Shown here: positions 30,193 to 39,273 of the stretch, piece after piece | How the letters are laid out: each line of letters begins with the position of its first letter | How positions within the stretch are numbered: the stretch's first letter is position 1 | Assembly (NCBI GenBank): GCA_051117555.1 | Contig: JBNPEG010000079.1 | Location: forward strand, 1 to 48,605 | Direction of reading: 5' to 3' | From: Elainellaceae cyanobacterium | Lineage (GTDB): Bacteria > Cyanobacteriota > Cyanobacteriia > CAZCXK01 | DNA: 48,605 nt | Made by a program: the position numbers and the translations under genes | The notes under the pieces: model-generated | Database searches by the model: none | Seen by the model: only the letters and a program-made list of their open reading frames with translations | What the model was told of the DNA's origin: nothing

Positions 30193-30387
30193 ATGAAACT
30201 TGTAGAAAATTCGACATCTATCGCGGTTAGATGCCCTAATTGCGGGAGTTTTGCTGAGCGCCGTTATATTGCCGACCGTCACCTAACTCAGACTCAATGC
30301 CCAGCATGTGACTATCTGATGGTGACCTGTTCTAAAACAGGTTCGGTTGTGGAAGCATATGCTCCCGGAATTCCTGTGTATCAATAG
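30193..30387 (+). CDS. Small cyanobacterial Zn-ribbon protein (family often labelled PriA-like)
   Basis: CPNCG...AER...TQCPACDYLM..C..TG.VVEAYAPG; AGAGG RBS before ATG 30193. Confidence 0.85.
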   Translation: MKLVENSTSIAVRCPNCGSFAERRYIADRHLTQTQCPACDYLMVTCSKTGSVVEAYAPGIPVYQ

Positions 30388-30440
30388 ATGAATGAGATGT
30401 ATGTCATAGCTTCTCGTTAAATGACAATACTTTTTGTAAG

Positions 30441-30487
30441 CGGCAGTTGAAACTGCTGTTACAAAAGCAAAACCCGCCTCCGCGGGG
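30441..30487. repeat. REP-like module homologous to the interior of the 40235-40389 MITE
   Basis: ggcagttgaaactgctgttacaaaagcaaaacccgcctccgcggg resembles the reverse complement of 40321-40361. Confidence 0.6.
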
Positions 30488-30546
30488 TGGAGGCAATTAG
30501 CATACGAGCACTGCACTCCCAGGGCACTTCGCTGTAGCGTTTATAC

Positions 30547-31701
30547 CTACGCGTTAGAGGCGCGTAGCTGACCACACGCTGCGTCTGCCGCCAAGCCTCG
30601 CGTTTGACGCACGCTCACCGCGATTTTATGGGCTTCGAGGCGATCGACAAATGCCTGAATCCGTTGGGGATTAGGTCTTTGAAAATCCACTTCCTGAATT
30701 GGATTGTATGGAATCAAATTGACATGGCTTTGAAAGCCACGCAGATGGTGTGCAAGTTCGTCTGCGTGTTCAGGACAATCGTTGAGTCCCGCCAAGAGAA
30801 TATATTCAAACGTCACTCGCCGCCCGGTTAGCTGCACGTATTCTCGACATTCTGCGAGCAGATCATCTAGAGGATAATGATGAGCGCTCGGAATGAGCTG
30901 CTCTCGCAGTTGCTGATTGGATGCGTGCAGACTCACGGCTAGAGTGGCTTGAAGCTGATGCTGAGCTAAGCGACGAATGCGCCCCGGAATGCCCACGGTC
31001 GATACTGTCAAGGAGCGCTGACCGATGCCGACATCTTCATTGAGCGATCGCACGGCAGCAATGACGTGATCGACATTCAGTAACGGTTCTCCCATGCCCA
31101 TAAACACAACATTGCTGACTCGCCGCTGAAAATCTTCCTGAACCGTCAACACCTGATCAACAATTTCATGGCGCTGCAAGTTGCGAGTAAAGCCACCTTT
31201 GCCGGTCGCACAAAAGTCGCACGCCATCGGACAGCCCACCTGTGACGAGACGCAAACCGTCAACCGTTTTGAGGTCGGAATCCCAACTGTTTCGATGATT
31301 TGCCTATCCTCTAAGCGCAGCAGATATTTGACGGTTTTATCAGGGGCGACCGAGCGATAGTGAAGCTGCGATCGCCCAATGGGAATATCTGCAATGTCTG
31401 CTCGCCACTGCTTGGGCAACACGGTCACATCGTCGAGCGATCGCACGCTCTGCTGATAAATCCACTGGTGAATCTGCTTCCCTCGATACGCAGGTTGCCC
31501 TTGCGCCGTCACCCATTCAGTCAACTCGGCTTGGGATGCACCTAGAAGAGGCTTGTCTAGAGGATCCGATTGAGGTGGGGAGTTCTCTTGGGATTCATCC
31601 CACGGGGTGATCGATGCTGGTTTGATATCAGTTTGGGAATTAGAGAGTGGTGACTGAGCAGTGGATGACATGGGGACAATGTGGGATGATTTAGCGTGCA
31701 T
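30547..31701 (-). CDS. rlmN: 23S rRNA/tRNA adenine C2-methyltransferase
   Basis: [18 protein letters not shown] radical-SAM motif, FMGMGEP, AACGQL; start may be 31671. Confidence 0.97.
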   Translation of the reverse strand: MHAKSSHIVPMSSTAQSPLSNSQTDIKPASITPWDESQENSPPQSDPLDKPLLGASQAELTEWVTAQGQPAYRGKQIHQWIYQQSVRSLDDVTVLPKQWRADIADIPIGRSQLHYRSVAPDKTVKYLLRLEDRQIIETVGIPTSKRLTVCVSSQVGCPMACDFCATGKGGFTRNLQRHEIVDQVLTVQEDFQRRVSNVVFMGMGEPLLNVDHVIAAVRSLNEDVGIGQRSLTVSTVGIPGRIRRLAQHQLQATLAVSLHASNQQLREQLIPSAHHYPLDDLLAECREYVQLTGRRVTFEYILLAGLNDCPEHADELAHHLRGFQSHVNLIPYNPIQEVDFQRPNPQRIQAFVDRLEAHKIAVSVRQTRGLAADAACGQLRASNA

Positions 31702-31787
31702 AGACTTCTATCTTAGAAGGTCACGGCGTGATCATTCAGGAGTACCAGTCGTCTCTGATATCGGCTATCAAACGAGCAAAATTTCCA

Positions 31788-31841
31788 AAGAAAAACCCCG
31801 AAGGGTGTCCTCCGGGGTGTGAATCAGGGTGCATCTACCAT
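31788..31841 (-). ncRNA. NsiR1-like small RNA (about 52 nt)
   Basis: Minus strand ATGGTAGATGCACCCTGATTCAC followed by hairpin ACCCCGGAGG-acac-CCTTCGGGGT and U-tract; 5' segment matches my recollection of the Nostoc NsiR1 5' end. Confidence 0.65.
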
Positions 31842-31848
31842 TCCTTAC

Positions 31849-31874
31849 TACTGAGTCGAGATAGTCAGTCAGGA
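31849..31874 (-). promoter_or_regulatory. DIF1-like promoter of the NsiR1-like RNA
   Basis: TCCTGA (one mismatch to TCCGGA) at about -35, 17-nt spacer, then GTA at about -10. Confidence 0.5.
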
Positions 31875-31968
31875 TGCGATCGCGGAGTTTACAGGTTCTT
31901 TATGAGTTTTCGCGGTAAGCTTAAATTTCTGATTAAGCTCTTTTTCTGCCTGGAACTCGAACTGCCCG

Positions 31969-32775
31969 ATGATTGTATCTGCACCCGATTCTCAACGCTC
32001 TGATCGCCCGTCTTTGTTTCCAGCAGTGTATATGGTGGGAGCCGGGCCAGGTGATCCTGAATTGCTCACTGTAAAAGCCCAGCGGCTGATTTCACAGGCA
32101 GACGTGATTCTCGTTGCCGACTCGCTGGTGCCGGCTGAAATACTGGCGTTGGTGCGTCCCGATGCCGACATTATTCGCACTGCCAATAAGACCTTAGAAG
32201 ATATCCTGCCTGTCATGATTGATCGAGTGCGATCGCACCAATCAGTTGTGCGTTTGCATTCAGGTGATCCAAGTCTATATAGTGCTATCCACGAACAGAT
32301 GCAGGCATTAGCTGCCGCAGACATTCCGTTTGAGGTCATTCCAGGAATTAGTGCCTTCCAGGCTGCCGCCGCTAAGCTAGGGGTTGAGCTTACCATTCCC
32401 GAATTGGTGCAAACCATTATTTTGACGCGCATTAGCGGGCGGACTCGAGTTCCAGAGACGGAAGAACTGTCATCATTAGCGGCGCACAAAGCCAGCCTCT
32501 GCCTCTATCTCAGCGCTCGCCATATCGAAGAGGCTCAAGATAACCTGCTGCTGCATTATCCAGCGGATACACCTGTTGCGATTTGCTATCGCGTGGGTTG
32601 GCCAGATGAAAAAATTGTGGTGGTGCCCCTTGATCAAATGGCCGCCACCACTCACCAGGAAAACCTGATTCGCACGACGCTGTATTTAATTAGCCCAGCG
32701 CTGAGCGCAGAAACGGGGCGATCGCGCCTTTATAATCCGGAGCATTCTCATCTGTTTCGTCCTAAGGGAGCTTAA
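31969..32775 (+). CDS. cobM: Precorrin-4 C11-methyltransferase
   Basis: VGAGPGDPELLT, RLHSGDPSLY, PGISAFQ, TIPELVQTIILTR, SRLY. Confidence 0.95.
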   Translation: MIVSAPDSQRSDRPSLFPAVYMVGAGPGDPELLTVKAQRLISQADVILVADSLVPAEILALVRPDADIIRTANKTLEDILPVMIDRVRSHQSVVRLHSGDPSLYSAIHEQMQALAAADIPFEVIPGISAFQAAAAKLGVELTIPELVQTIILTRISGRTRVPETEELSSLAAHKASLCLYLSARHIEEAQDNLLLHYPADTPVAICYRVGWPDEKIVVVPLDQMAATTHQENLIRTTLYLISPALSAETGRSRLYNPEHSHLFRPKGA

Positions 32776-32943
32776 CCCAAGGCAACGGGCTAGCGTGAGG
32801 ATACAGGTTTCTGCCTAATTCCAAAGCGAGCAGAATTTTCCCTCAAAACAAGAATTCCTCAGGCGTCAACCTATATGCTGGCGAACCCTGAACCCAGAGC
32901 GATGCTAGCCTAAAAGCTAAATTTTGAAACTACTAAGCAGCCT

Positions 32944-32980
32944 CAAACAAATAGGGACATGGCGATCGCCATGTCCCTAT
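32944..32980 (-). terminator. Intrinsic terminator of class II fba
   Basis: Perfect 30-bp palindrome atagggacatg-GCGATCGC-catgtccctat followed by TTGTTT on the minus strand. Confidence 0.75.
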
Positions 32981-33024
32981 CAACTATCAAACCAACTTAA
33001 ATTACGCGATTATTGCATTGCCAA

Positions 33025-34104
33025 TTACACAGCAACTGCTTTTTTTGTCTTCGCGTCAAGCTCACCCTTGGCATACTTCATTGCATAGACATCCAGAGTT
33101 GCTTGCTTGATCTTGCTTGCATGCCCTGCTGTACCGAAAGCATCATACCGCTTAGCACAGACCTGCTTCATGTATTCGATCGACGGCTTTAAGAAATGCC
33201 GAGGATCAAAATTGGATGGATCTTTTGCTGCTGCTTCACGGAATGCCGCTGTAATTGCAAGACGGTTGTCAGTGTCGATATTGACCTTACGCACACCGCT
33301 CTTGATGCCCTTCTGAATCTCTTCGATGGGTACGCCGTAGGTTTCCGGAATCTGACCGCCATACTGGTTGATCATGTCCAACCATTCTTGAGGGACAGAC
33401 GACGACCCATGCATAACGATGTGGGTATTGGGCAGGCGAGAATGAATCTCTTCAATGCGGCTGATGGCGAGAATTTCGCCTGTGGGCTTACGGGTAAATT
33501 TATAAGCACCGTGGCTAGTGCCGATCGCCACTGCGAGAGCATCGACCTGAGTGCGCTCAACAAACTCAACCGCTTCGTCAGGGTCGGTCAGGAGTTGTTC
33601 GCGGGTGAGGGTTCCCTCAGCACCATGACCATCTTCCTTGTCGCCCTTCATGGTTTCGAGAGAGCCCAGACAGCCGAGTTCTCCCTCAACGCTAACGCCG
33701 ATCGAGTGAGCCACTTCCACAACCTTGCGAGTCACTTCGACGTTGTACTCAAAGCTTGCAGGTGTCTTGGCATCTTCTTCCAAAGAGCCATCCATCATGA
33801 CGCTGGTAAACCCATTGCGGATTGCAGAATAGCAGGTCGCTGGACCATTGCCGTGATCTTGGTGCATGGCAATAGGAATATGGGGATACGTTTCAACCGC
33901 AGCCAACACTAAGTGACGCAGGAAATTTTCACCCGCATATTTACGCGCACCGCGAGATGCTTGCAAGATGACAGGGCTATCGGTTTCAACAGCAGCCTGC
34001 ATAATCGCCAGGATCTGCTCCATATTATTTACGTTGTAAGCAGGGATGCCGTAGCCATTCTCAGCGGCGTGATCAAGCAGCAACCGCATTGGTACGAGCG
34101 CCAT
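33025..34104 (-). CDS. fbaA: Fructose-bisphosphate aldolase class II (Calvin cycle type)
   Basis: [39 protein letters not shown]. Confidence 0.97.
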   Translation of the reverse strand: MALVPMRLLLDHAAENGYGIPAYNVNNMEQILAIMQAAVETDSPVILQASRGARKYAGENFLRHLVLAAVETYPHIPIAMHQDHGNGPATCYSAIRNGFTSVMMDGSLEEDAKTPASFEYNVEVTRKVVEVAHSIGVSVEGELGCLGSLETMKGDKEDGHGAEGTLTREQLLTDPDEAVEFVERTQVDALAVAIGTSHGAYKFTRKPTGEILAISRIEEIHSRLPNTHIVMHGSSSVPQEWLDMINQYGGQIPETYGVPIEEIQKGIKSGVRKVNIDTDNRLAITAAFREAAAKDPSNFDPRHFLKPSIEYMKQVCAKRYDAFGTAGHASKIKQATLDVYAMKYAKGELDAKTKKAVAV

Positions 34105-34344
34105 AGGTTTCCTCCTAATAGTTAGTCGGTTAACGAGTCGTTCTGTAACGAGAATCTAAGGACAATCTTAAGATAATCTACAGTCTACAAGGAATTGCGC
34201 ATGCAGGCTAGGTGAGTAGAAATACTTAACCAGTCTTAACTGGCGATCGCCCCCTGCGTCAAGTCTCTGAATGTTAGATTGGGTGCCCAATTAAACGCTA
34301 GTTCGATGCTTTAAGAGTGCGTAAGATATCTACAAATCGACATC

Positions 34345-34368
34345 ATATTGCGGATAATATTGCGGATA
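34345..34368. repeat. 12-bp direct repeat in the divergent fba promoter region
   Basis: atattgcggata x2. Confidence 0.85.
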
Positions 34369-34620
34369 AAAAACTGAAACAGCCTTAGCAAATGTCCGAA
34401 ATTTGGAGCACTTGTCTGTCAAAAATCGTTGATCTTTGGATAGAGATTGGCTGAGAACTTTTCTTGAACCTAAGACAGATTTAGTCGACTATTTACATCA
34501 CTCAATAATTGAGAATTGTTTTTATTTAACCAAAATGTTTTAGAGCAAAATTTATCTGTCAAAAGGAGTATGCCTTTGGCGTGATAATTCGTTCTTAGGA
34601 CGGAAGTTAGAGCGAAACAT

Positions 34621-34657
34621 TTGACAAGATATTTGCATTATTGAGAATAGTGTTGCA
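34621..34657 (+). promoter_or_regulatory. Putative class I fba promoter overlapped by a Fur-like box
   Basis: TTGACA at 34621, weak -10 GAGAAT inside tattgagaatagtgttgca; second ATTGAGAAT at 34508 within the CTCAAT-A-ATTGAG palindrome. Confidence 0.45.
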
Positions 34658-34717
34658 GGTGCGATCGCTCTCTACCGTCTGAGGGAGGTCGCGATGCAGA
34701 GCGTTAGGAGGTATCGC

Positions 34718-35758
34718 ATGAGTGACTATGCAAAAGAGCTTCGAGCCACTGCCAGAGCAATGGTGACCGAAGGAAAGGGCATTCTGGCAATGGACGAAAG
34801 TAATGGCACCTGCAATAAGCGGCTTGCCAAGGTAGGAGTCGATCAGACGGAGGAGATGCGGCGAGCCTATCGAGAGCTTATTCTTGCAACTCCCAAGTTG
34901 GGTGATTTTATCAGCGGCGCGATCTTATACGATGAGACGATTCGTCAGTCTGCCCAAGACGGCACTCCCTTCACTAAAGTTATGTCTGATAAAGGGATGA
35001 TTATCGGCATCAAGGTCGACACGGGGGCTAAAGATTTGGCGGGTCATCCAAATGAGAAAGTGACGGAAGGATTAGACGGACTGCGCGATCGCATTGCTGA
35101 GTATTATCAAATGGGCGCTCGGTTCGCGAAGTGGCGGGCTGTGATCACAATCGGGGATGGCATTCCGACCGATGCCTGCATTGAAGGCAATGCCCATGCG
35201 CTGGCTCGGTACGCAGCCTTGTGTCAAGAGGGTGGACTCGTTCCCATCGTAGAACCCGAAGTCTTGATCAATGGCGATCATACTATCGAACAGTGTGATG
35301 CAGTGACCCGCAAAACGCTGCGTGCGGTATTCGATCAGCTGCGCACTCAAGATGTTGCCTTCGACCAGATGATCCTAAAGCCCAGCATGGTCATTTCGGG
35401 TAAGGAATGCCCTCAGCAAGCTAGCGTTGATCAGGTCGCTGAATACACTATTAAGTGTTTGCTAGACAATGTACCGGCTTCAGTGCCTGGAATTGCATTC
35501 TTGTCGGGTGGGCAGAGCAATGAGAAGGCGACGCAGCATCTCAACGCAATGAATCAAACCTACGGCGAGATTTGCCCGTGGCGTGTCACATTCTCCTACG
35601 CTCGTGCCATTCAAGGTCCTGCACTTGACAACTGGGGCGGAAAAGCTGAAAACGTCGAGAAGTGTCAGCAGTTGTTGCTTCATCGAGCAAAGCTCAACGG
35701 CGCAGCAGGAGTCGGGCAATATACGCCTGAGATGGAAAAAGAGCTTGCCAGCGTTTGA
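34718..35758 (+). CDS. Fructose-bisphosphate aldolase class I (Schiff-base, metal-independent)
   Basis: GILAMDES, GIKVD, KWRAV, VPIVEPEV, ILKPSMV, FLSGGQS, FSYARA; AGGAGG RBS before ATG 34718. Confidence 0.95.
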   Translation: MSDYAKELRATARAMVTEGKGILAMDESNGTCNKRLAKVGVDQTEEMRRAYRELILATPKLGDFISGAILYDETIRQSAQDGTPFTKVMSDKGMIIGIKVDTGAKDLAGHPNEKVTEGLDGLRDRIAEYYQMGARFAKWRAVITIGDGIPTDACIEGNAHALARYAALCQEGGLVPIVEPEVLINGDHTIEQCDAVTRKTLRAVFDQLRTQDVAFDQMILKPSMVISGKECPQQASVDQVAEYTIKCLLDNVPASVPGIAFLSGGQSNEKATQHLNAMNQTYGEICPWRVTFSYARAIQGPALDNWGGKAENVEKCQQLLLHRAKLNGAAGVGQYTPEMEKELASV

Positions 35759-35792
35759 TTTTTGGTTGATTATCATCGGTTAACGAGGTATC

Positions 35793-35828
35793 GGAGGGCG
35801 CGGTTTTCGTGCCCTTTTCTTATTTTTT
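35793..35828 (+). terminator. Intrinsic terminator after class I fba
   Basis: gagggcgcg-gtttt-cgtgccctt then T-rich tract. Confidence 0.7.
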
Positions 35829-35847
35829 ATGCGTCTTTACTTATGCG

Positions 35848-37329
35848 TTAGTGTTTTCCTATAATCTGCAACGTCTGCAAGGTCGGATCAGCGCAGCCTG
35901 TAATCAAGCCACCCGCATCGAGGACGTGCTGAAGAGACTGAATCGCTTCTTCAGAAATCAGTTCACCTGGAAACAAAATAGGAATTCCAGGAGGGTAGGG
36001 ACACACAAGCTCTGCACTGATTTGATTGGCAGCCTGGGCGATCGCCACAGATTGGGTATCGGCAAAAAAAGCATCCCGTGGAGAAAGCGATCGCTGATTG
36101 CTAACCGCTGACCGCTGATCGCTAAAAGCTGAAAGCTGGCTGCCGAACACCGACCGACCGCTTCTTTTCCGACACGCTAATCCTCGAAACGCCTCAACCA
36201 GTTGCTGAATATCGTGCTGGGTATTCCCGAGTGAAATGATGAATGTCAGAGTTCGGAGAGTCGGGAGTTCGGCAGTGACGGCTAAATGATGATGAAGCAT
36301 GTCGTCCGCTTCGAATCCGGTCAGCCCCAGCCCAGTCACATCGACGGTGAGGCGAGTGGGATCAAGAGCTGCAAATGGACTTGAATGGTCTAAGTCCAGC
36401 ACGCGCAGGTCTGGACGCTGATGAAGTGGAGAGCGGGCTTGCTGAGCTAAATCTAGCGTATGAGCCATCAGCGCGGCTCCCTGGAGCGCCATTTGAGAAC
36501 GAGCGGCATCGAGTGATGCTAATAGCAGATAGCTCGGACTGGTAGACTGCACGAGTCGCAGAGCGTTGCTGAGGCGATGGACTGAGACGCGATCGCCCTT
36601 GACATGCAGCATGGATGCTTGAGTCATCGCCGCAAGGGTCTTGTGCGTTGATTGCACCGTTAAATCGGCTCCGGCTTGCAGGGCGGGCGTGGGCAAATCA
36701 GGATGGAACGCGAAGTGGGCACCGTGGGCTTCATCGACGAGTAATGGAATGTCATAGTCATGCGTAATCTGGGCGATCGCCTCTAGGTTGCCGCAGGTTC
36801 CGTAGTAGGTGGGATAGACGACCATCACAGCTTTGGCGTCAGGATGCTGAGCGAGGGCGCGGGCGATCGCCTCTGGAGTCACGCTGTGGGCAATGTCCCA
36901 GTCGGGGTCATACTGCGGCTGCACGAAAATGGGAACTGCCCCCGAGAGAATCAATCCTGAAATCACAGACTGATGGGCATTGCGCGGCACGATGATAGAA
37001 TCGCCTGGATTGCAGGTCGCTAACAGAGCCGCCTCGATACCGCAGGTCGAACCGTTCGCTAAAAACCAGGTGCGATCGCTCCCAAATGCGTCAGCCGCTA
37101 GCTCTTGAGCCTGCTGAATCACCCCGTCTGGAGCAAACAAGGTATCTAATTCAGGCAGTTCGGGCAAATCTGCGCGAAAGACGGAAATCCCGAGTAGCTC
37201 TGCCAAGGGCGTGGGAATACCCTGCCCGCGCTTGTGACCGGGTGCATAAAAGGGCGCGTGCGATCGCGCAGCACTCATTCGCAGCGCATCAAGCAGCGGC
37301 ATGTCAGCGTGAGAAAGGGAATGAGACAT
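35848..37329 (-). CDS. Orn/Lys/Arg decarboxylase (PLP, class I/II fold)
   Basis: PGHKRG, NGSTCGI, RNAHQS, DEAHG, QSTHK, STSPSY, YPPGIP. Confidence 0.92.
   Translation of the reverse strand: MSHSLSHADMPLLDALRMSAARSHAPFYAPGHKRGQGIPTPLAELLGISVFRADLPELPELDTLFAPDGVIQQAQELAADAFGSDRTWFLANGSTCGIEAALLATCNPGDSIIVPRNAHQSVISGLILSGAVPIFVQPQYDPDWDIAHSVTPEAIARALAQHPDAKAVMVVYPTYYGTCGNLEAIAQITHDYDIPLLVDEAHGAHFAFHPDLPTPALQAGADLTVQSTHKTLAAMTQASMLHVKGDRVSVHRLSNALRLVQSTSPSYLLLASLDAARSQMALQGAALMAHTLDLAQQARSPLHQRPDLRVLDLDHSSPFAALDPTRLTVDVTGLGLTGFEADDMLHHHLAVTAELPTLRTLTFIISLGNTQHDIQQLVEAFRGLACRKRSGRSVFGSQLSAFSDQRSAVSNQRSLSPRDAFFADTQSVAIAQAANQISAELVCPYPPGIPILFPGELISEEAIQSLQHVLDAGGLITGCADPTLQTLQIIGKH
36090..36162. 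repeat. STRR-like heptamer run inside the decarboxylase CDS
   Basis: gctgatt gctaacc gctgacc gctgatc gctaaaa gctgaaa gctggct; reading frame preserved. Confidence 0.8.
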
Positions 37330-37352
37330 GAGTGAGGCCACCACTGATTTAG

Positions 37353-37583
37353 TACCAAGAACCGTCGAGGATGTTGTGCAACATCAGGATGCAATTCCCG
37401 TATATAGCGCATCCTACACAGGACGATACCCATTCGTGCATCTCGTACCATTTCTCTAAATGAGTGCTACAGATGCAAAGTCTGGAATCGTCTCAACATC
37501 GATATTTGTCCAATCCAAAATCTCTAGTGGAGCAAAGCGAAGCCATGCCCTCAGGGCTATAAATCCAAAATCTAAAATTGGTA
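37353..37583. mobile_element. TACCAA...ATTGGTA element with probable nested inserts
   Basis: Patchy homology to 17641-17787; extra tatagc...gctaca segment (37403-37471) and gcgaagccatgccctcagggcta segment. Confidence 0.45.
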
Positions 37584-37614
37584 TTAGACAGCCCCTTCGA
37601 CGGAATATAGCAAA

Positions 37615-38451
37615 CTATCGAGTCGCGCCTTCTTCGGCTAACACTGCGCCGCCTCGCCGAATCACTAGTGCTCGGCTGTTGCCGTTCGTCTGCACTTCGT
37701 AAATTAGATCGCCGCTGCTGGCGACATATCGCGTTCCAGATGACGCACTCGACTGCTGAACGGGTTGAGCATTGACGACCAACTGATTGGCTCGATTGTT
37801 GTACACGTTCATTTGCAGTTGTCCATTTCTACGAAAGACACGAACGGCATAGGTGCGAGTCGCAAAGTCAACCACTGTCTGATTGGGAGCGGGGGTTTGC
37901 CCCTGATTTTCAACGCTGGCGTTGGCAACCAATCCATTGAGATATTCGACGCGAATGATGGTACGGTTTTGAGGATTTTGATATCGCTTCACCACATATT
38001 GGCCATCGGCTTGAGAGCTGCCGATTTGAGAATAGCTATTTTGTCGCAGAACGCTCTCAGCCTGGGGGAGTCGGTCGCCCCGAATTTGACTAATAATTTG
38101 AAACGCAGTGTTGGGATTTGACGGGTTTGATGAGTCTGGATTAACCGGGCAGTTTTGAAAGCAAATGAGGTCGCCGCGTACCCAGCCCGTTTGCCCAGTG
38201 CTAAACAGCCGGACTTGATACCAGCGAAATCCGTCACCCGCTTCAACGCTGTCCAGTGTTTCGACGCGATCGCCCACTCGCGCTTCGCCGACCCGGTTGG
38301 CATTAGTGGTGGGATATTGACGAACATTGACAATCACGTCAGGACTGCTGCCTGTAATAAAGCCGACGTCGGCGCGGGCGGGTAAATCGAACACCAGCGT
38401 CGTTATTAACGCCGTGGCGATCGCCGTAGTGAGGAAAAGTTTGGTTTTCAT
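37615..38451 (-). CDS. Secreted SH3b-domain protein
   Basis: Signal peptide ending PARA; VNVRQYP...VGDRV...WYQV....GWVRGD; C-terminal FAT..YAVRVFR....MNVY domain. Confidence 0.85.
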   Translation of the reverse strand: MKTKLFLTTAIATALITTLVFDLPARADVGFITGSSPDVIVNVRQYPTTNANRVGEARVGDRVETLDSVEAGDGFRWYQVRLFSTGQTGWVRGDLICFQNCPVNPDSSNPSNPNTAFQIISQIRGDRLPQAESVLRQNSYSQIGSSQADGQYVVKRYQNPQNRTIIRVEYLNGLVANASVENQGQTPAPNQTVVDFATRTYAVRVFRRNGQLQMNVYNNRANQLVVNAQPVQQSSASSGTRYVASSGDLIYEVQTNGNSRALVIRRGGAVLAEEGATR

Positions 38452-38589
38452 AGGTGAATCAAGGTCGATGAGGGGGGATTTTTCAAGAATACTCGCCTCA
38501 GATGATTTCACCAGGTTTATTTATAAAAGTGAAACAGCCGAATCGAGCGTCGCCACTGCTCAATTCGGCTGATGAGATAGTGATTCTGA

Positions 38590-38664
38590 GTCACTGCAAG
38601 CGATCGCGGCGCGTCTTAGTGCAAGAGGGACGTTCGAGATTGTTTCACTGCGTTCGCAATGACA
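38590..38664. repeat. Degenerate GTCATTGCGA...TCGCAATGAC palindromic repeat
   Basis: gtcactgcaagcg ... gagattgtttcactgcgttcgcaatgac. Confidence 0.5.
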
Positions 38665-38680
38665 TTCAAATGTCCTCTCC

Positions 38681-38767
38681 TGTTAACGGTGAAGTGCAGC
38701 GGTAGCAGGCAACCTCTAGCACTCGACCGACCCACTAAGGCCCATCCTTTGCAGCGAGGTGTTAGCC
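38681..38767. other. attC-like imperfect palindrome
   Basis: tgttAAC-ggtgaa-gTGCAgcgg ... ccttTGCAg-cgaggt-GTTagcc; 87 bp with R and L box geometry. Confidence 0.45.
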
Positions 38768-38778
38768 TGCTCTAGACT

Positions 38779-39016
38779 TATAGCAATCCCAAATGGATGG
38801 GTTGTGAGCGGTGGGGCGGGCGCCGCCCGGTATGCGTTTAGCGCATGTGTGAGATCCCCCGCTGACGCTGCCCCCTTAAAAAGGGATCTATTTACAGGGT
38901 GTTGAAGTCCCCCTTTTCAAGGGGATTTAGGGGGATCTCTAGGGCGTTACGCTAAATACATACGCCGCCCGCCCCACCGCTCACACATAATTCACAAGCG
39001 ATTTAGGATCGCTATA
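38779..39016 (-). mobile_element. Family A element (inverted) interrupted by a nested MITE
   Basis: tatagcaatcccaaat...atttaggatcgctata; hairpin arms gtgagcggtggggcggg / cccgccccaccgctcac split by the insert. Confidence 0.8.
38830..38963. mobile_element. 134-bp MITE with 16-bp imperfect TIRs and 8-bp TSD
   Basis: TIRs gtatgcgtttagcgca / tacgctaaatacatac; gccgcccg duplicated at 38822-38829 and 38964-38971; internal CCCCCTTAAAAAGGG..GGGGATTTAGGGGGATC repeat. Confidence 0.82.
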
Positions 39017-39042
39017 GATCTATACAAGTGCACGTCCTTATC

Positions 39043-39273
39043 ATGAGTTATCGCGACATCATTACGATTGAGCCTGATAAACGTGGTGGCAAGCCCTGCA
39101 TCCGCCGGATGCGGATTACGGTCTACGATGTCTTGGGCTGGTTAGCGGTTGGCATGTCTATCGCTGAGATCATTGACGACTTTCCAGAACTGACGGAAAC
39201 CGATATTAGGGCATGTTTGGAGTTCGCTGCTGATCGCGAGCATCGGTTAGTTGCCTCGGTGAGTGCTGCTTGA
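39043..39273 (+). CDS. DUF433 family antitoxin
   Basis: ITIEPDKRGGKPCIRRMRITVYDVL..LA.GMS..EI..DFPEL...DI.ACL.FAA. Confidence 0.93.
   Translation: MSYRDIITIEPDKRGGKPCIRRMRITVYDVLGWLAVGMSIAEIIDDFPELTETDIRACLEFAADREHRLVASVSAA

Noticed and set aside
30124..30387. priA helicase, or the 87-aa extended start
   Set aside because: Only a Zn ribbon with no helicase motifs; the RBS supports ATG 30193.
31728..32003. 91-aa ORF upstream of cobM
   Set aside because: No recognisable motif; antisense to the better-supported sRNA unit.
33196..33912. 238-aa plus-strand ORF
   Set aside because: Antisense shadow of the strongly codon-biased fbaA.
34321..34334. NtcA site in the fba intergenic region
   Set aside because: GTA-N7-TAC spacing, not N8.
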